Source: Eledone cirrhosa (taxonomy: Eukaryota). Taken from it: 64,000 nt of DNA. The position numbers were made by a program, and so were the translations under genes. Shown one piece after another: positions 13,760 through 27,266 of this stretch (position 1 is its first letter; every line of letters starts with the position of its first letter). The stretch spans positions 410,936,001-411,000,000 of the forward strand of contig OZ024740.1 of the NCBI GenBank assembly GCA_964016885.1, in the 5' to 3' direction. The notes beneath the pieces are model-generated. The model made no database searches and had not been told where the DNA came from. It saw only the letters and a list, made by a program, of their open reading frames with translations.

Positions 13760-15562
13760 TATTGTTATACTTGGGGAGGGTCATATTTGCCAGAATTAAT
13801 AACAGAACACATTCACTGTTTGGTTGGTTTTCGCTTTTCGCTTCTGTGTCTTCTATATCGGTAATTTAATTTATTCGGTCCTCAATGTTGTCATTGACTG
13901 ACCAGCGGTAAAAAATACAGATACAATATAGACACAAACACATATATATAGTTTATCAAAGTTCTTTCGTTGCACATCTGCAACATCGTCAGTGGTGCGG
14001 TGCTATGGTTTCCTCCCATTGCATTGTATTTTCTACGCCATCTTTATTTAGTCTGTTTATATATTTATTTATTTGTTTATTTATTTTATTTTGTTTTTGT
14101 TTTTGTGTCTTCTTTGCGCATGCGTTTGCGTGTGTGTATAGTGTTTTGTTTGATATGTGTTCGTGATTGGGTGACTGTGTATTGGTTAATGTATTCTATC
14201 TTTACTAGTGTGTGTTTATATGTTTGTTGTTATTGTGCTTGTGTATGTATTTATTTATTTATCTATTTATTTATTTATTTATACTTCTCTTAGGTCAGTG
14301 TTGTTTGTTTGGGTGTTGTTGTTATTCCATTCAGTCTTTCTGTTTAGTTTTGGTCTTCTAATTTCTATTTCACTGGCCTCTCTGATTTGCCTATCTGCTG
14401 GGTCATTTCTATGTTTAGATATTATTCTAATTTCTATGTTGTCTATGTTACCGTCGTGTTGTTGATTGGCATGTTCGTATAGTACTGAACCATTTTTTCG
14501 TCCTTTTAGTTCCCCCCAGTGTTGGTCTATCCTTTCACGAGCTGCATCGCCTATGTATGTTGTTGTCATGTTTCTGCAAGTACCCTCTGTACATCTTATG
14601 CTATAGACTATGCTTCTAGTTTTACAGTTTAGCCGGGGGTTTACCTTACATATAATACATTTCCTATTAGTGCAGTGGGTTTTCTTAAAAGTGTAGGTTT
14701 TGCTGATCAGGAATTTTATAGTGGTTCCTGGCTTTTCTACCACCTTAATCTTTAAGTGGGCCTTTCTCAGGGCCTTTCTACACTGGTTAGTTAATTTCCC
14801 TCCAAGGGTAGCGTCCACAAACATGACACTCTGGTATCTCTGGTTGTCGTACCATGAGGTGGCTTTCCCTATCTTATGTCTAGCCCTATCTAAGCTATTC
14901 CATGATTTCCTCCTGTATAATGGGCAAATTCCTTTCATGTCCAGTTCTATGAGGGTCTTATACTTCTCCGTGGCTCTTTCTATACTCTGATTATGTCTCT
15001 TTGGTTGTAGCCAGAGAACTGCATGCGGTTGATGAAGTGTTGGATGTGTCTTTCCATTTCTGTTGGCACGCACATGCGGGACACGTTCTTCATCACTCGT
15101 ACCAAGTCTGCGATCAGAATATTAAACTTAGCACTACTGGACATTGCTGAGTTTTTGAGTATCAGGTATTTGGAGGCCATGGGTTTAGCCTAGTGTGAGT
15201 GGAGAATTTGGGCTCTCTCGTCTATTGTGTTAATCCAGAGTTCCGTGTCTAATACAGGTAGACTATTGTTAGGGTGTTTGGAAGGGTAGTCGATAGTTAC
15301 AGTTATACTCTGGTGTAAGGAATTAGCTATCTGCTGGATGCTTTCCATTGTACTACGTTCTAAATCAGGATTGTTAGTGCTCTCTAGTGGGGATGTTCTT
15401 ATAACTATATTGATATCGTCTACGTAATGAGAGTACATAATGTGGTCCATGGAGCTCTCATTAAGGAGATCTTTAAGTCTCCTTTCCCACCATACCATAA
15501 AAAGGTTGGCAACGTCACCAGCTATGCTGACGCTAATGGCTGCTCCCTAATTTTGGGTGTAG
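13760..15562 (-). mobile_element. Penelope-like element (RT C-half + GIY-YIG), frameshifted, 5'-truncated at (TA)n
   Basis: [70 protein letters not shown]. The 3' region is homologous to 3720-4200. Confidence 0.88.
13955..13996 (-). ncRNA. Minimal hammerhead-like motif in PLE 3' terminal repeat
   Basis: ACCA-CUGACGA-U-GUUGCA(GAUG)UGCAAC-GAAA-GAAC-UU-UGAU. Confidence 0.6.
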
Positions 15563-15595
15563 ATATATATATATATATATATATAATCTATATAC

Positions 15596-15717
<122 letters not shown>

Positions 15718-15749
15718 AGATCAAAAGATGGTTAAAGGAGTTCCATGTA

Positions 15750-15816
15750 TTTTATTATGCGCATTTCAAAAACAAATATCATCATGCAATAATATTTGTG
15801 TTTTTATCAGATAAAA
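15750..15816 (-). ncRNA. Hammerhead copy in inverted arm, core CUGAUAA (likely inactive)
   Basis: Reverse complement of 18654-18720 with G8>A. Confidence 0.6.
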
Positions 15817-18653
15817 CAGGAGAACATGATATGAAGGCTAAAAAACACTTGTGGATAGTGCAGTTTTAAATCAACATATGAAAAGTGGTTTTAGATTGAT
15901 GTGTGATATTGGGAAACATATTTTATTTAGAGAGGGGGGGGGGGTGGAAAGGATGAAAAGGGAAGGAGATGAGAGGGAGAGATGGGTGATAGAGAGAAAG
16001 AGATAGTTTTTATAACTGAGAGGAGATATATTGTTTTACATAGAGAGGTTGAAAACCGTTGGAAGATAATGTATAAATTAAAAATTTTGAAAATTAACGA
16101 AGGGAGGATATGTGCGAGGAAAAAATATTTTATTTAGGGAGGGGGGGTGGAAAGGATGAAAAAAAGGGGGAGGAGATGAGAGTGAAGGTGGAGAGGGAGA
16201 GATGGGTGATAGAGAGAAAGAGATAGTTTTTATAACTGAGAAAAAGATATATTGTTTTACATAGAGAGGTTGGGAACCGTTGGAAGATAATGTATAAATT
16301 AAAGGAATTTGAAAATTAACGAAGGGAATTTATGTATGAAGATAGAGAGAAAAAATAATAATTGTGGATGAATATTCTAACGTCAAAAAAAGAAATGTAT
16401 GTATTGTGGCAATTTCAAAATTAACGAAGAGAAAAATTATTAAGGTTTGTGTGTAGAAGGATTTGAGAAAAATAATGTGAAGTTAAAGTTTGTATATTGA
16501 AGGAATTGATAATATATGCGAATAAAGAGGTAATATGTATTAATAATGAGTTCGTTGATGGGGAGAAAAAAATAATAAATTAAGGATGAAATTGAGATTA
16601 AAAAGATTTATGATAGAGAGAAAAAATAATAATGATTGCGGATGAATATTCTAACGTCAAAACAACAAATGTATATGTTATGATTTTACAAGGTGAAGAT
16701 AGAATGAGGGTAATGAGTAAACAGGTATTATAGAGTGTATAATGCCCTTTAAAGTAAAGTAGATGGGTATATTTTAAAGAGGTGTATGTATATGTGCCTT
16801 TGAGAAAAGATTCTAAATTGATAAAGAATTGAATATTAACTGTATACTTTGTGAAAAGTTCTATGGAATTTATGCACATATCTATAGTAAAATATTTAAC
16901 AAACACACCATCAAATTTTCGTATTCTACATCCTCCAATATTTCCAACATCATCTCTAAACACAACAATAAAATACTAAATACTAAATCTCTTCCTTCCA
17001 ATATTGAATTTCATAATAACAGTAATAGTACTCCCGACGTCATTGTAAACCCTAGGCTAACTTCTGTAAACCCAAATACAACGTCAAACACAACTTCGCT
17101 AAATGTTCATAATCCAACTCTAAATCAAGAAACTATTATTCCTATTATTCCTATCGCAAACAATTCTCCAATCCAATTCCTTCTATAGATAACACTAGAT
17201 CACTCATTAATAATCTCTCTAATTGCAACTGCCGCATTAAAAATAAATGTCCTCTCAACAACCATTGTCTCGATAAAAACTTAATTTATGAATGTAAAAT
17301 TATAACTAGCACCAATTCCTTCACCTATTTTGGCTCCACTTCCACCTCTTTTAAAGCTCGTCTCTATAATCATCATTCATCTTTCAAATACAAACTTAAA
17401 AGAACCAACACTGCTCTCTCAGAACTCATATGGTCCTTAAAAGACAAAAACATTAAATATACCAGAAGATTTCTTCTGCATCCTCATACTTGAACAGCTC
17501 TCTATCTAAAATCTGTAATCTCTGCCTAAATGAAAAATTTACCATTATCCCTAACCTAGATTCTATAATAAATAGACGTACAGATTTGTTTTCTATCTGC
17601 CTGCATAAATTCCATAGAACTTTTCACAAAGTATACAGTTAATATTCAATTCTTTATCAATTTAGAATCTTTTCTCAAAGGCACATATACATACACCTCT
17701 TTAAAATATACCCATCTACCTTACTTTAAAGGGCATTATACACTCTATAATACTTGTTTACTCATTACCCTCATTCTATCTTCACCTTGTAAAATCATAA
17801 CATATACATTTGTTGTTTTGACGTTAGAATATTCATCCGCAATCATTATTATTTTTTCTCTCTATCATAAATCTTTTTAATCTCAATTTCATCCTTAATT
17901 TATTATTTTTTTCTCCCCATCAACGAACTCATTATTAATACATATTAACTCTTTATTCGCATATATTATCAATTCCTTCAATATACAAACTTTAACTTCA
18001 CATTATTTTTCTCAAATCCTTCTACACACAAACCTTAATAATTTTTCTCTTCGTTAATTTTGAAATTGCCACAATACATACATTTCTTTTTTTGACGTTA
18101 GAATATTCATCCACAATTATTATTTTTTCTCTCTATCTTCATACATAAATTCCCTTCATTAATTTTCAAATTCCTTTAATTTATACATTATCTTCCAACG
18201 GTTCCCAACCTCTCTATGTAAAACAATATATCTTTTTCTCAGTTATAAAAACTATCTCTTTCTCTCTATCACCCATCTCTCCCTCTCCACCTTCACTCTC
18301 ATCTCCTCCCCCTTTTTTTCACCCTTTCCACCCCCCCTCCCTAAATAAAATATTTTTTCCTCGCACATATCCTCCCTTCGTTAATTTTCAAAATTTTAAT
18401 TTATACATTATCTTCCAACGGTTTTCAACCTCTCTATGTAAAACAATATATCTCCTCTCAGTTATAAAAACTATCTCTTTCTCTCTATCACCCATCTCTC
18501 CCTCTCATCTCCTTCCCTTTTCATCCTCCCCCCCCCTCTCTAAATAAAATATTTTTCCCAATATCACACATCAATCTAAAACCACTTTTCATATGTTGAT
18601 TTAAAACTGCACTATCCACAAGTGTTTTTTAGCCTTCATATCATGTTCTCCTG

Positions 18654-18720
18654 TTTTATCTGATGAAAACACAAATATTATTGCATGATGATGTTTGTTT
18701 TTGAAATGCGCATAATAAAA
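18654..18720 (+). ncRNA. Type-I hammerhead ribozyme with palindromic stem III
   Basis: UUUUAU-CUGAUGA-long AU-rich stem II-GAAA-UGCGCA-UA-AUAAAA. Confidence 0.8.
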
Positions 18721-18843
18721 TACATGGAACTCCTTTAACCATCTTTTGATCTTATATTATGTATACTCCAGTCCTACAAACTGTAGAGTGCTTCTTATCC
18801 GATATCTGCATTTCTTTATTGTACTGCAATAAAACTCACCTCC

Positions 18844-18885
<42 letters not shown>

Positions 18886-18942
18886 TACATATATACACAT
18901 ACACATACATATACATATACACATATATAAAAAAATATATAT

Positions 18943-19001
<59 letters not shown>

Positions 19002-19132
19002 CATATATATATATATATACATATATATACATATATACATATATATAGACATACATATACATATAGAGACGCACATATATATATACATATATACATACAG
19101 ACACATATACATATATATATACATACATATAT

Positions 19133-19163
<31 letters not shown>

Positions 19164-19196
19164 CATATATATACATATATACATATATATATATAA

Positions 19197-19297
<101 letters not shown>

Positions 19298-19338
19298 GAA
19301 TATAAAATGAAAGTGCTTTTTTTATAAAGGAATTTATT

Positions 19339-19376
19339 AGGTATTGACATATGTTTCTGTAACAGACGGAATACCT
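19339..19376 (-). ncRNA. Internally deleted hammerhead remnant
   Basis: AGGUAUU/AAUACCU stem I and GAAA-CAUAUG-UC present; CUGANGA core lost; followed by AAUAAA. Confidence 0.4.
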
Positions 19377-19582
19377 ATGTATCGCTGCTTGCGTAATCAT
19401 ATAATGTTAGCAAGTATTCGAAAGCAAATGTATAATCAGTTGTCACTTCTTCATAGATATTGGATACATTGGAAAAAAATCAGAAAAATCAAATATTTAT
19501 ATTAGTTGTTAGAAAGGAAGGAGAGAAGGGATAGTATATGACAGATGGCAATTCAATTTGCTGTTAAACAAGTATATAAGGT

Positions 19583-19678
<96 letters not shown>

Positions 19679-19683
19679 ACCTA

Positions 19684-21045
19684 CACGTGGAAAAGTAAGA
19701 AATCGGAGAATAGACCGTTAAAACATGTTTATTTAAAACAGCACCTACGTACGTTGGGCTTCTCAAGGGCATAATTAACCAAAAGTGTTCCTTACCTTGC
19801 TCGGAGAGAGTTGTTGGGGTTAAATTCATGTCAAGGTTCATTGCTCGCAAAAATTGCTTGTTTAGATTTTGCAGCAGGTCAAGGGAGGTAACTCTGGCCG
19901 GTGTTAGGGCAGTCTTTCCCGGACAAATTTTTATTCGTTACAAGATGGGGTTACGCACAGGGTCATGTAACCAACGCTTATTTTGAGACGTTTGTTTTTC
20001 CGCATCTGTTTGTCTGGCTCGTTTGAGGCTGGGTCTGGTATGCAAGGTTAGTTTCCTGGGTGTTATTCTGCAGCGCCTGCCCGCCGGAGTGTTAAAACTT
20101 GTTGCAGGGAGATCCGGTGCACGGTTTCACTCCTCATCCTTAACCCATCTGAAGAAGGATATTTTTAAGCGATGTGTCCAACTTATCGCTGTTTCAACTC
20201 TGCTGTTGATGAGCTCGTGAGGTGCAGTTATGATGTGGTAGAGCTCCATGAGGCAAAGATCGCACTTCCTCTTGAAGTTGTACGGTACAGCCCTGCCGAC
20301 AATATCCCAGTGCGTGCAGAAGATGATGTTTAAGTCCTATAGTGATGTGATGTAGTCCGCGAGCGAAGTGGAGTGTCTTAGTTTTTTTATTTGTGAAAGA
20401 GTGGAGATGTGTTCGAAACCTAATTTTGAACGGGCCGGAGGTAGCCCCTATATAATGTTTAACGCTATTGTGGCTAGTGACAGTGCTTCTATATATAACC
20501 CTATCAGTCAAGCAGTATCCTCTAAGGGAGCAACGTCCTCTGTCGCGGCAGTTACAGTTTTTGTCGCGGTTCGATCTATTTCCCACGGTAAGGCTATCAT
20601 TGTTGCTGCCTATGTTGTTACCTACGCTCCCGCAACTGTCGTTAGCACCATTACAACCCACAGCACGTGGGGTGATGCGATTGTTATTCCGCACGTCATG
20701 TCCTGCATGTTCGCCAATCATTTCGGGGTTATGCTGGTTGCGTCTGTGGAGGCCGTTGCCAGCACTATTGGATGCTGCTAGGGAGTTGTTAAGGCCGATA
20801 TAGTTATTGTCAGGTGCAGGTGCGTCTGTATCGAGGTGCTGTGTCTTGGTGATCTTACTGTGGTTCGTTGTTCCTATGATGTCTGCTAGGTTAGGAGTAG
20901 TAGAGAAGGATATTTTTATATTGTTCCTATTTATATTGTTCTTATTTATGCCCTTGAGAAGCCCAACTGGGCGAAACGTACGTAGGTGCTGTTTTAAATA
21001 AACATGTTTTAACTGTCTATTCTCCGATTTTTACTTTTCCACGTG
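19684..21045 (-). mobile_element. Neptune-like PLE 3' portion with short inverted termini (19684-19773 / 20947-21045)
   Basis: NCNCRDRGRCSLRGYCLTDRVIYRSTV..HYIGATSGPFKIRFRTH (Cys linker + GIY-YIG); terminal inverted repeat. Confidence 0.88.
20950..20989 (+). ncRNA. Hammerhead with U3:A8 compensatory core
   Basis: GCCC-UUGAGAA-GCCC(AACU)GGGC-GAAA-CGUACG-UA-GG(U)GC. The partner copy at 19741-19770 has a 10-nt deletion removing GAAA. Confidence 0.7.
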
Positions 21046-21220
21046 CTTACGCTCTGCTAACTCTCCAGCCCACTAAATATTAACACTTCGAATATTTAAT
21101 ACTGCCGGCACTAGTATCGAGCACCTTTGACAAACGCTACTTGGCAAATAACTATATGTATCACCTATCCTCCCCTTTTTTTCTCTCTCTCGATACGTAA
21201 ATACATATATATATATATAC

Positions 21221-21277
<57 letters not shown>

Positions 21278-21288
21278 CATATATATAA

Positions 21289-21322
<34 letters not shown>

Positions 21323-21436
21323 ATACATACATGTATATAAATATATATATACACATATACATATACATATATATAAATACACACACATATATATATATAT
21401 AAATATATATATATATACACATATATATATATACAC

Positions 21437-21515
<79 letters not shown>

Positions 21516-21597
21516 TATACATACATATACATATATATATATATATATACACGCATCTATACACACACACATATATAAAACCACAGACCCTCCATCT

Positions 21598-21744
21598 CAA
21601 CTCTACCGGTTTCGCAGTTCTTCTGCTTTTCAAAAGTAGAAAGAAAGATGAAATCGAAAATGCAACTGGAGTCTTATTTTTAAAAAAATATATATATTTA
21701 TTTGGTTCCTTTACCGGTTTCGCAGTTCTTCTGCTTTTCAAAAG
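21598..21744 (-). ncRNA. Two tandem U3:A8 hammerheads (21598-21639, 21709-21744)
   Basis: CUU-UUGAAAA-GCAG(AAGAA)CUGC-GAAA-CCGG-UA-(GAG/AAG). The second copy sits inside an inverted repeat spanning 21644-21811. Confidence 0.65.
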
Positions 21745-21865
21745 TAAAGGAACCAAATAAATATATATATTTAAAAAAAAATAAGACTCCAGTTGCATTT
21801 TCGATTTCATCTTTTTATCTTTATATATATACATATATACATATACACACATATATATACATATA

Positions 21866-21954
<89 letters not shown>

Positions 21955-21984
21955 TTACACACACATATATACACACAGACACAT

Positions 21985-22037
<53 letters not shown>

Positions 22038-22070
22038 CACACACATACACATATCTACACATATATACAC

Positions 22071-22107
<37 letters not shown>

Positions 22108-22159
22108 CGCGAAATTTATAGTACTCATTCACGTGACATTCGACAACCAACAAAATCTT

Positions 22160-22400
22160 AATACCTCTGGAGCCACTTTTTTCACATAATACAGGAAGAA
22201 TTTCCAAAACTGATCAGATTAGAGCACGTGCGCTCTATCTCAAAATTATTTTTGAAAAGCATTAGAAATGCGCAACCGATAAAAACTTAAAACTAAAACT
22301 GAATACTAACCAATACTTATTACTAATTTATACTTATTCCTAATTAAACTATTTTTCACTGGGAATGATTTGTCACCATTTTCTTTTCCTTTTACTAATT
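22160..22400 (+). repeat. PLE terminal-repeat family copy
   Basis: Homologous to 24750-24998 and 55320-55515; HHR-like motif with GCAA in place of GAAA. Confidence 0.7.
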
Positions 22401-22478
22401 TATCACAACTCGTGTGTTACACCTATATTTTTTAAAATATATATATATATATACATATATATACATATATATATACAG

Positions 22479-22563
<85 letters not shown>

Positions 22564-22597
22564 AAAGAATAGAGGTGTAACACACAAGTTATTATAT

Positions 22598-23178
22598 ATT
22601 GGTAAACGGAATAGAAAATGCTGACAAATTGTTCACAGTTGAAAAATGGTTTAATTAGGAATAAAAGAGTATTAGTGATTGTATGGGTTAGTATTCAGTT
22701 GTGGTTTTAAGTTTTTAAGTTTTTACCGGTTGCGCATTTCTAAATGCTTTTCAAAAATAATTTTGAGATAGAGTGTCCGTGCTGTTTGCTCTGATCTGAT
22801 TAGTTTTGGGAATTCTACCTGTTTTTATGTTAAAAAAGTGGCTCCAGCGTTATTTTTGTGTTGCAAAAATGCTTGTGGTCAAAACAATTTTGATTGGTCG
22901 GTAGAGGTCATGTGAATGTAAAAAGTTGATTTTGCGCCAAGACTGTTTTTATGTTAAAAAAGTGGCTCCAGCAAAAATTCTTGGTCAAAACAATTTTGAT
23001 TGGTCGGTAGAGGTCATGTGGATAAAAAATTGGTTTTGCGCCAAGATTGAGAAATGACTCTTTCACAACAAATATGTGTGTGTGTGTGTGTATGTGTGTG
23101 TGTGTGTAGTAGTAGTAGTAAGGTGTTCGATGCTGCGACAATGGCCAGCAGCGATGTGTGTCAAATGGCTATTAAGAT

Positions 23179-23269
<91 letters not shown>

Positions 23270-23441
23270 GCAGAGTAATTCGATGTTCAGTAAGAATGTG
23301 TCTGAAAGCAGTGGGGGGTATTTTAGCATGTCAAAAGATATTTTTCAGCTTTTGTCTTATACGGAGAAGTGCGCGTGTGTGTGTGTGTGTGTGTATAAGT
23401 CTCTTTGTATGTTGATGTACGCGTGTGTATGTGTTTGTGTG

Positions 23442-23473
<32 letters not shown>

Positions 23474-24283
23474 GGTGGACCAGTATTTTTTCCCCCTGGT
23501 AAAATGGTGTACATTATTCGATTTTTTCAGTAAAATCGGTTCTCTTAATAGAACATCAAAAATCTTAACAATAAAAGGTGTGAAATGATATTCACTATAT
23601 ATATATACACATACACATATTCACTACATACATATATATATATATACATATATACATACATATATATGCACATATATTTTTTTGTATTGCACCATAGAGC
23701 ATGTGTGTTTACGTGTGTCATTGTGTTTATATGTGGGTAGAGATGTGTGCTGATGTAGGTATGTATGTTGACGTGTGTATGTTGTGGGTTCGTCTTAGGG
23801 AGAAGTGTTTAGACGGGGTCCGTATTTGTTAATGAAGTAAGATTCCTTGCTGATGCGCTGTGTGTGGGTGGCATTATCTTTAAATTTGTAGAGGGGAAAG
23901 ATTCTGAAGTTGGGATGATTTTGGGCGTCACAGGTGTCAATGTGCCGCCCAAAATCATCCCAACTTCAGAATCTTTCCCCTCTACAAATTTAAAGATAAT
24001 GCCACCCACACCCAGCGCATCAGCAAGGAATCTTACTTCATTAACAAATACGGACCCCGTCTAAACACTTCTCCCTAAGACGAACCCACAACATACACAC
24101 GTCAACATACATACCTACATCAGCACACATCTCTACCCACATATAAACACAATGACTTATACACACACACACGCACTTCTCCGTATAAGACAAAAGCTGA
24201 AAAATATCTTTTGACATGCTAAAATACCCCCCACTGCTTTCAGACACGTTCTTACTGACCATCGAATTACTCTGCTATACACA

Positions 24284-24334
<51 letters not shown>

Positions 24335-24403
24335 ATCTTAATAGCCATTTGACACACATCGCTGCTGGCCATTGTCGCAGCATCGAACACCTTACTACTA
24401 CTA

Positions 24404-24477
<74 letters not shown>

Positions 24478-24998
24478 ACACACACACACACACGCACACA
24501 CATACACACACACACACACACATATTTGTTGTGAAAGAGTCATTTCTCAATCTTGGCGCAAAACCAATTTTTTATCCACATGACCTCTACCGACCAATCA
24601 AAATTGTTTTGACCAAGAATTTTTGCTGGAGCCACTTTTTTAACATAAAAACAGTCTTGGCGCAAAATCAACTTTTTACATTCACATGACCTCTACCGAC
24701 CAATCAAAATTGTTTTGACCACAAGCATTTTTGCAACACAAAAATAACGCTGGAGCCACTTTTTTTAACATAAAAATAGGTAGAATTCCCAAAACTAATC
24801 AGATCAGAGCAAACAGAACGAACACTCTATCTCAAAATTATTTTTGAAACGCATTTAGAAATGCGCAACCGGTAAAAACTTAAAAACTTAAAACCACAAC
24901 TGAATACTAACCCATACAATCACTAATACTCTTTTATTCCTAATTAAACCATTTTTCAACTGTGAACAATTTGTCACCATTTTCTATTCCGTTTACCA

Positions 24999-25000
<2 letters not shown>
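22598..25000. mobile_element. ~2.4-kb snap-back palindrome of a PLE 3' end (8-nt loop at 23933-23940)
   Basis: Arms are reverse complements, with a ~300-bp extra segment in the left arm. The right arm starts with the GIY-YIG C-terminus HPNFRIFPLYKFKDNATHTQRISKESYFINKYGPRLN. Confidence 0.9.
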
Positions 25001-25089
<89 letters not shown>

Positions 25090-25160
25090 TACATACACAT
25101 ACACACATATATACACATATACACACATATACATACATATACACATATATATATATATAC

Positions 25161-26178
25161 TGGGCATCCACTGATGATTTATAAGTGCCCACCTGCATAT
25201 ATTCCTATAGACTATATGTAGGCTTCTACATAACCTGGACATTATTTCCCCAACTTGTAGAAAACTTATAATGAAACAATCGTTTGGAAATAAGGATGTA
25301 TTTAATTATGTCTTATATAAAATAATACAACTGGCTATCCGCAAAATACGTATAGTTAGCACCCCAAACGTATAATTGGGATTATACTAAGGTTTATCCT
25401 AATGTTTTTTGAGTGAGACGGATGTCGGTCGGAGTATTGATTAAAGCTTTCTCTGTTAGTCTATTAAATATTATACTCTTGAATTGGCCAGAGATGAATA
25501 TTTCCAGATATTTTTAGGTATGACTTTATTTATTCTTTGTATGAAATATTGATTGTTTTTCCGGTATCTTGTCTCTGTTTTTAGCCTGAGAAAATACCTA
25601 TATGCATGTATAAATAATACATGCATATATTTATTTTTTTATATCCAATTGAGTTCTTCACGCATCGTTAAAATTCTTGACAGAATTAATTGACCTGCGT
25701 GCATATTATTTTATCCTTTTATGTTTTGTGATGACCTCTCCTTCGCGCTTTGTGACAGTGTGAGATTTCTCTTTGGGAGACTGCTGGAATTTCAAATTTG
25801 GCGGTCACTCTAACACTGACAGGTACCATCGCTGAATGTTAATATCGGTAGGGTTTTGTTTATATCGATATTGTTGGGCATCCACCGATGATTTATAAGT
25901 GCCCACCTGCATATATTCCTATAGACTGTGTAGGCTTCTACATAACCTGGACATTATTTTCCCAACTTGTAGAAAACTTATAATGAAACGATCTTTGGAA
26001 AGAGGGGTGTATTTAATTATGTCTCATATAAAATAATACAACTGGCTATCCGCAAAATACGTATAGTTAGCACCCAAACGTATAATTGGGATTATACTAA
26101 GATATATCCTAATTTTTGTTGAGTGAGACGGAAATCGGTTGGAGTATTGCTTAAAGCTTTCTCTGTTAGTGTATTAAA
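25161..26178 (+). mobile_element. Retrozyme-like non-coding element: ~310-bp direct repeats (period 714) each with a hammerhead, flanked by (TA)n
   Basis: 25161-25468 matches 25875-26178; no ORF with recognisable homology. Confidence 0.7.
25167..25288 (+). ncRNA. Hammerhead with 77-nt branched stem-II insertion
   Basis: UCCA-CUGAUGA-U-UUAUAAGU[two hairpins]ACUUAUAA-U-GAAA-CAAUCG-UU-UGGA. The second copy (25881-25999) has CCGAUGA and a 1-nt deletion in stem III. Confidence 0.7.
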
Positions 26179-26241
26179 ATATATATATATATATATGATA
26201 AAGAACACAAGAGCGTCTACAACATCAAAAGATTTTTATTG

Positions 26242-26286
26242 GCTTACAATGTTTCTTCCTTACGTAACCGTAGGATTGGTCAGAGC
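26242..26286 (-). ncRNA. Degenerate hammerhead (core CUGACCA)
   Basis: GCU-CUGACCA-aUCCUACG(GUUA)CGUaAGGAa-GAAA-CAUUG-UA-AGC, then AAUAAA. Confidence 0.45.
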
Positions 26287-27266
26287 TATAAAAGGGGTTT
26301 GATTGGTGTTATGGACTCTACCAACCAAACATTCAAGAACAAAGAGTAAAGAGAGTAAAGAGCAAAAGCAGGGGACGATAAGTCTAATTTTCGTGCCGGG
26401 GGTGGGGGGTGGGTCCTTGTTTACTAGCTGTGGTCATATTCATTCCCGGGAGTCGAGTGGTTAGTTGAGCCATAGATGGGGTGGCGTCGATAGTAGGGTG
26501 CAGAGGGTGTGCAGAGGCTACACACACACAAAGGGCATACAATATATATATAACGGAGGAGAAAGTACATGAGGTAATTAGAAATGGAAAAAGAGTAATA
26601 ATAATAATCTATAATTAATAGTGTATAATAAGGCATGGGGAAGATTACACTATAATAAGGTATAAAAGTAAGAATACGGTAAAATATAAAGTAGGATAAA
26701 AGTGAAAATAAGAATAAAGATAAAAAAATATATATAAAAAAATATATAGAGAATATATAAAGAAATATAAGCAAGTATTAGAAAGGGAAAAACACAATGT
26801 AAAAAAACCGATTTTTTCAAATAAAAATATTATAAATATGGGGGGAGAAAACGGGATAGAGAAATATAATCAAATGTGATTAGTTGAGAGAATATAAGAT
26901 GATAATAGTTATGTCAAGTTTATACATCTTAATATTAAATAATCTGTATATCATAGTTAAACATCCTTCAATTCACTTGCAGATTCAACCCATTGTTCAT
27001 CTGTGCGGTCATGTGCGTTTGTTTTTGACACCACAGCAGATGCACAAGTTCGTAAATTCCAATGCAGATAGAATTCTTTTTTTGCTCACCCAGACATTGA
27101 CGGAGGATCCAATATTCCTAGTTCAATATGTGTGTGGTGTTATTTTGGTCGCACAAATCAATCACTTGGTTCAATATTATGGAGTATGGTTTTCTGGTCT
27201 TCGTAACAGTATCGGTGGTTGTATATCTCGAAATCACAAGGATCACTGTACTATATATATATATAT

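Noticed and set aside
23809-24064. Two near-identical 66-aa ORFs on opposite strands
   Set aside because: By-product of the palindrome centre; the meaningful frame is the PLE endonuclease C-terminus
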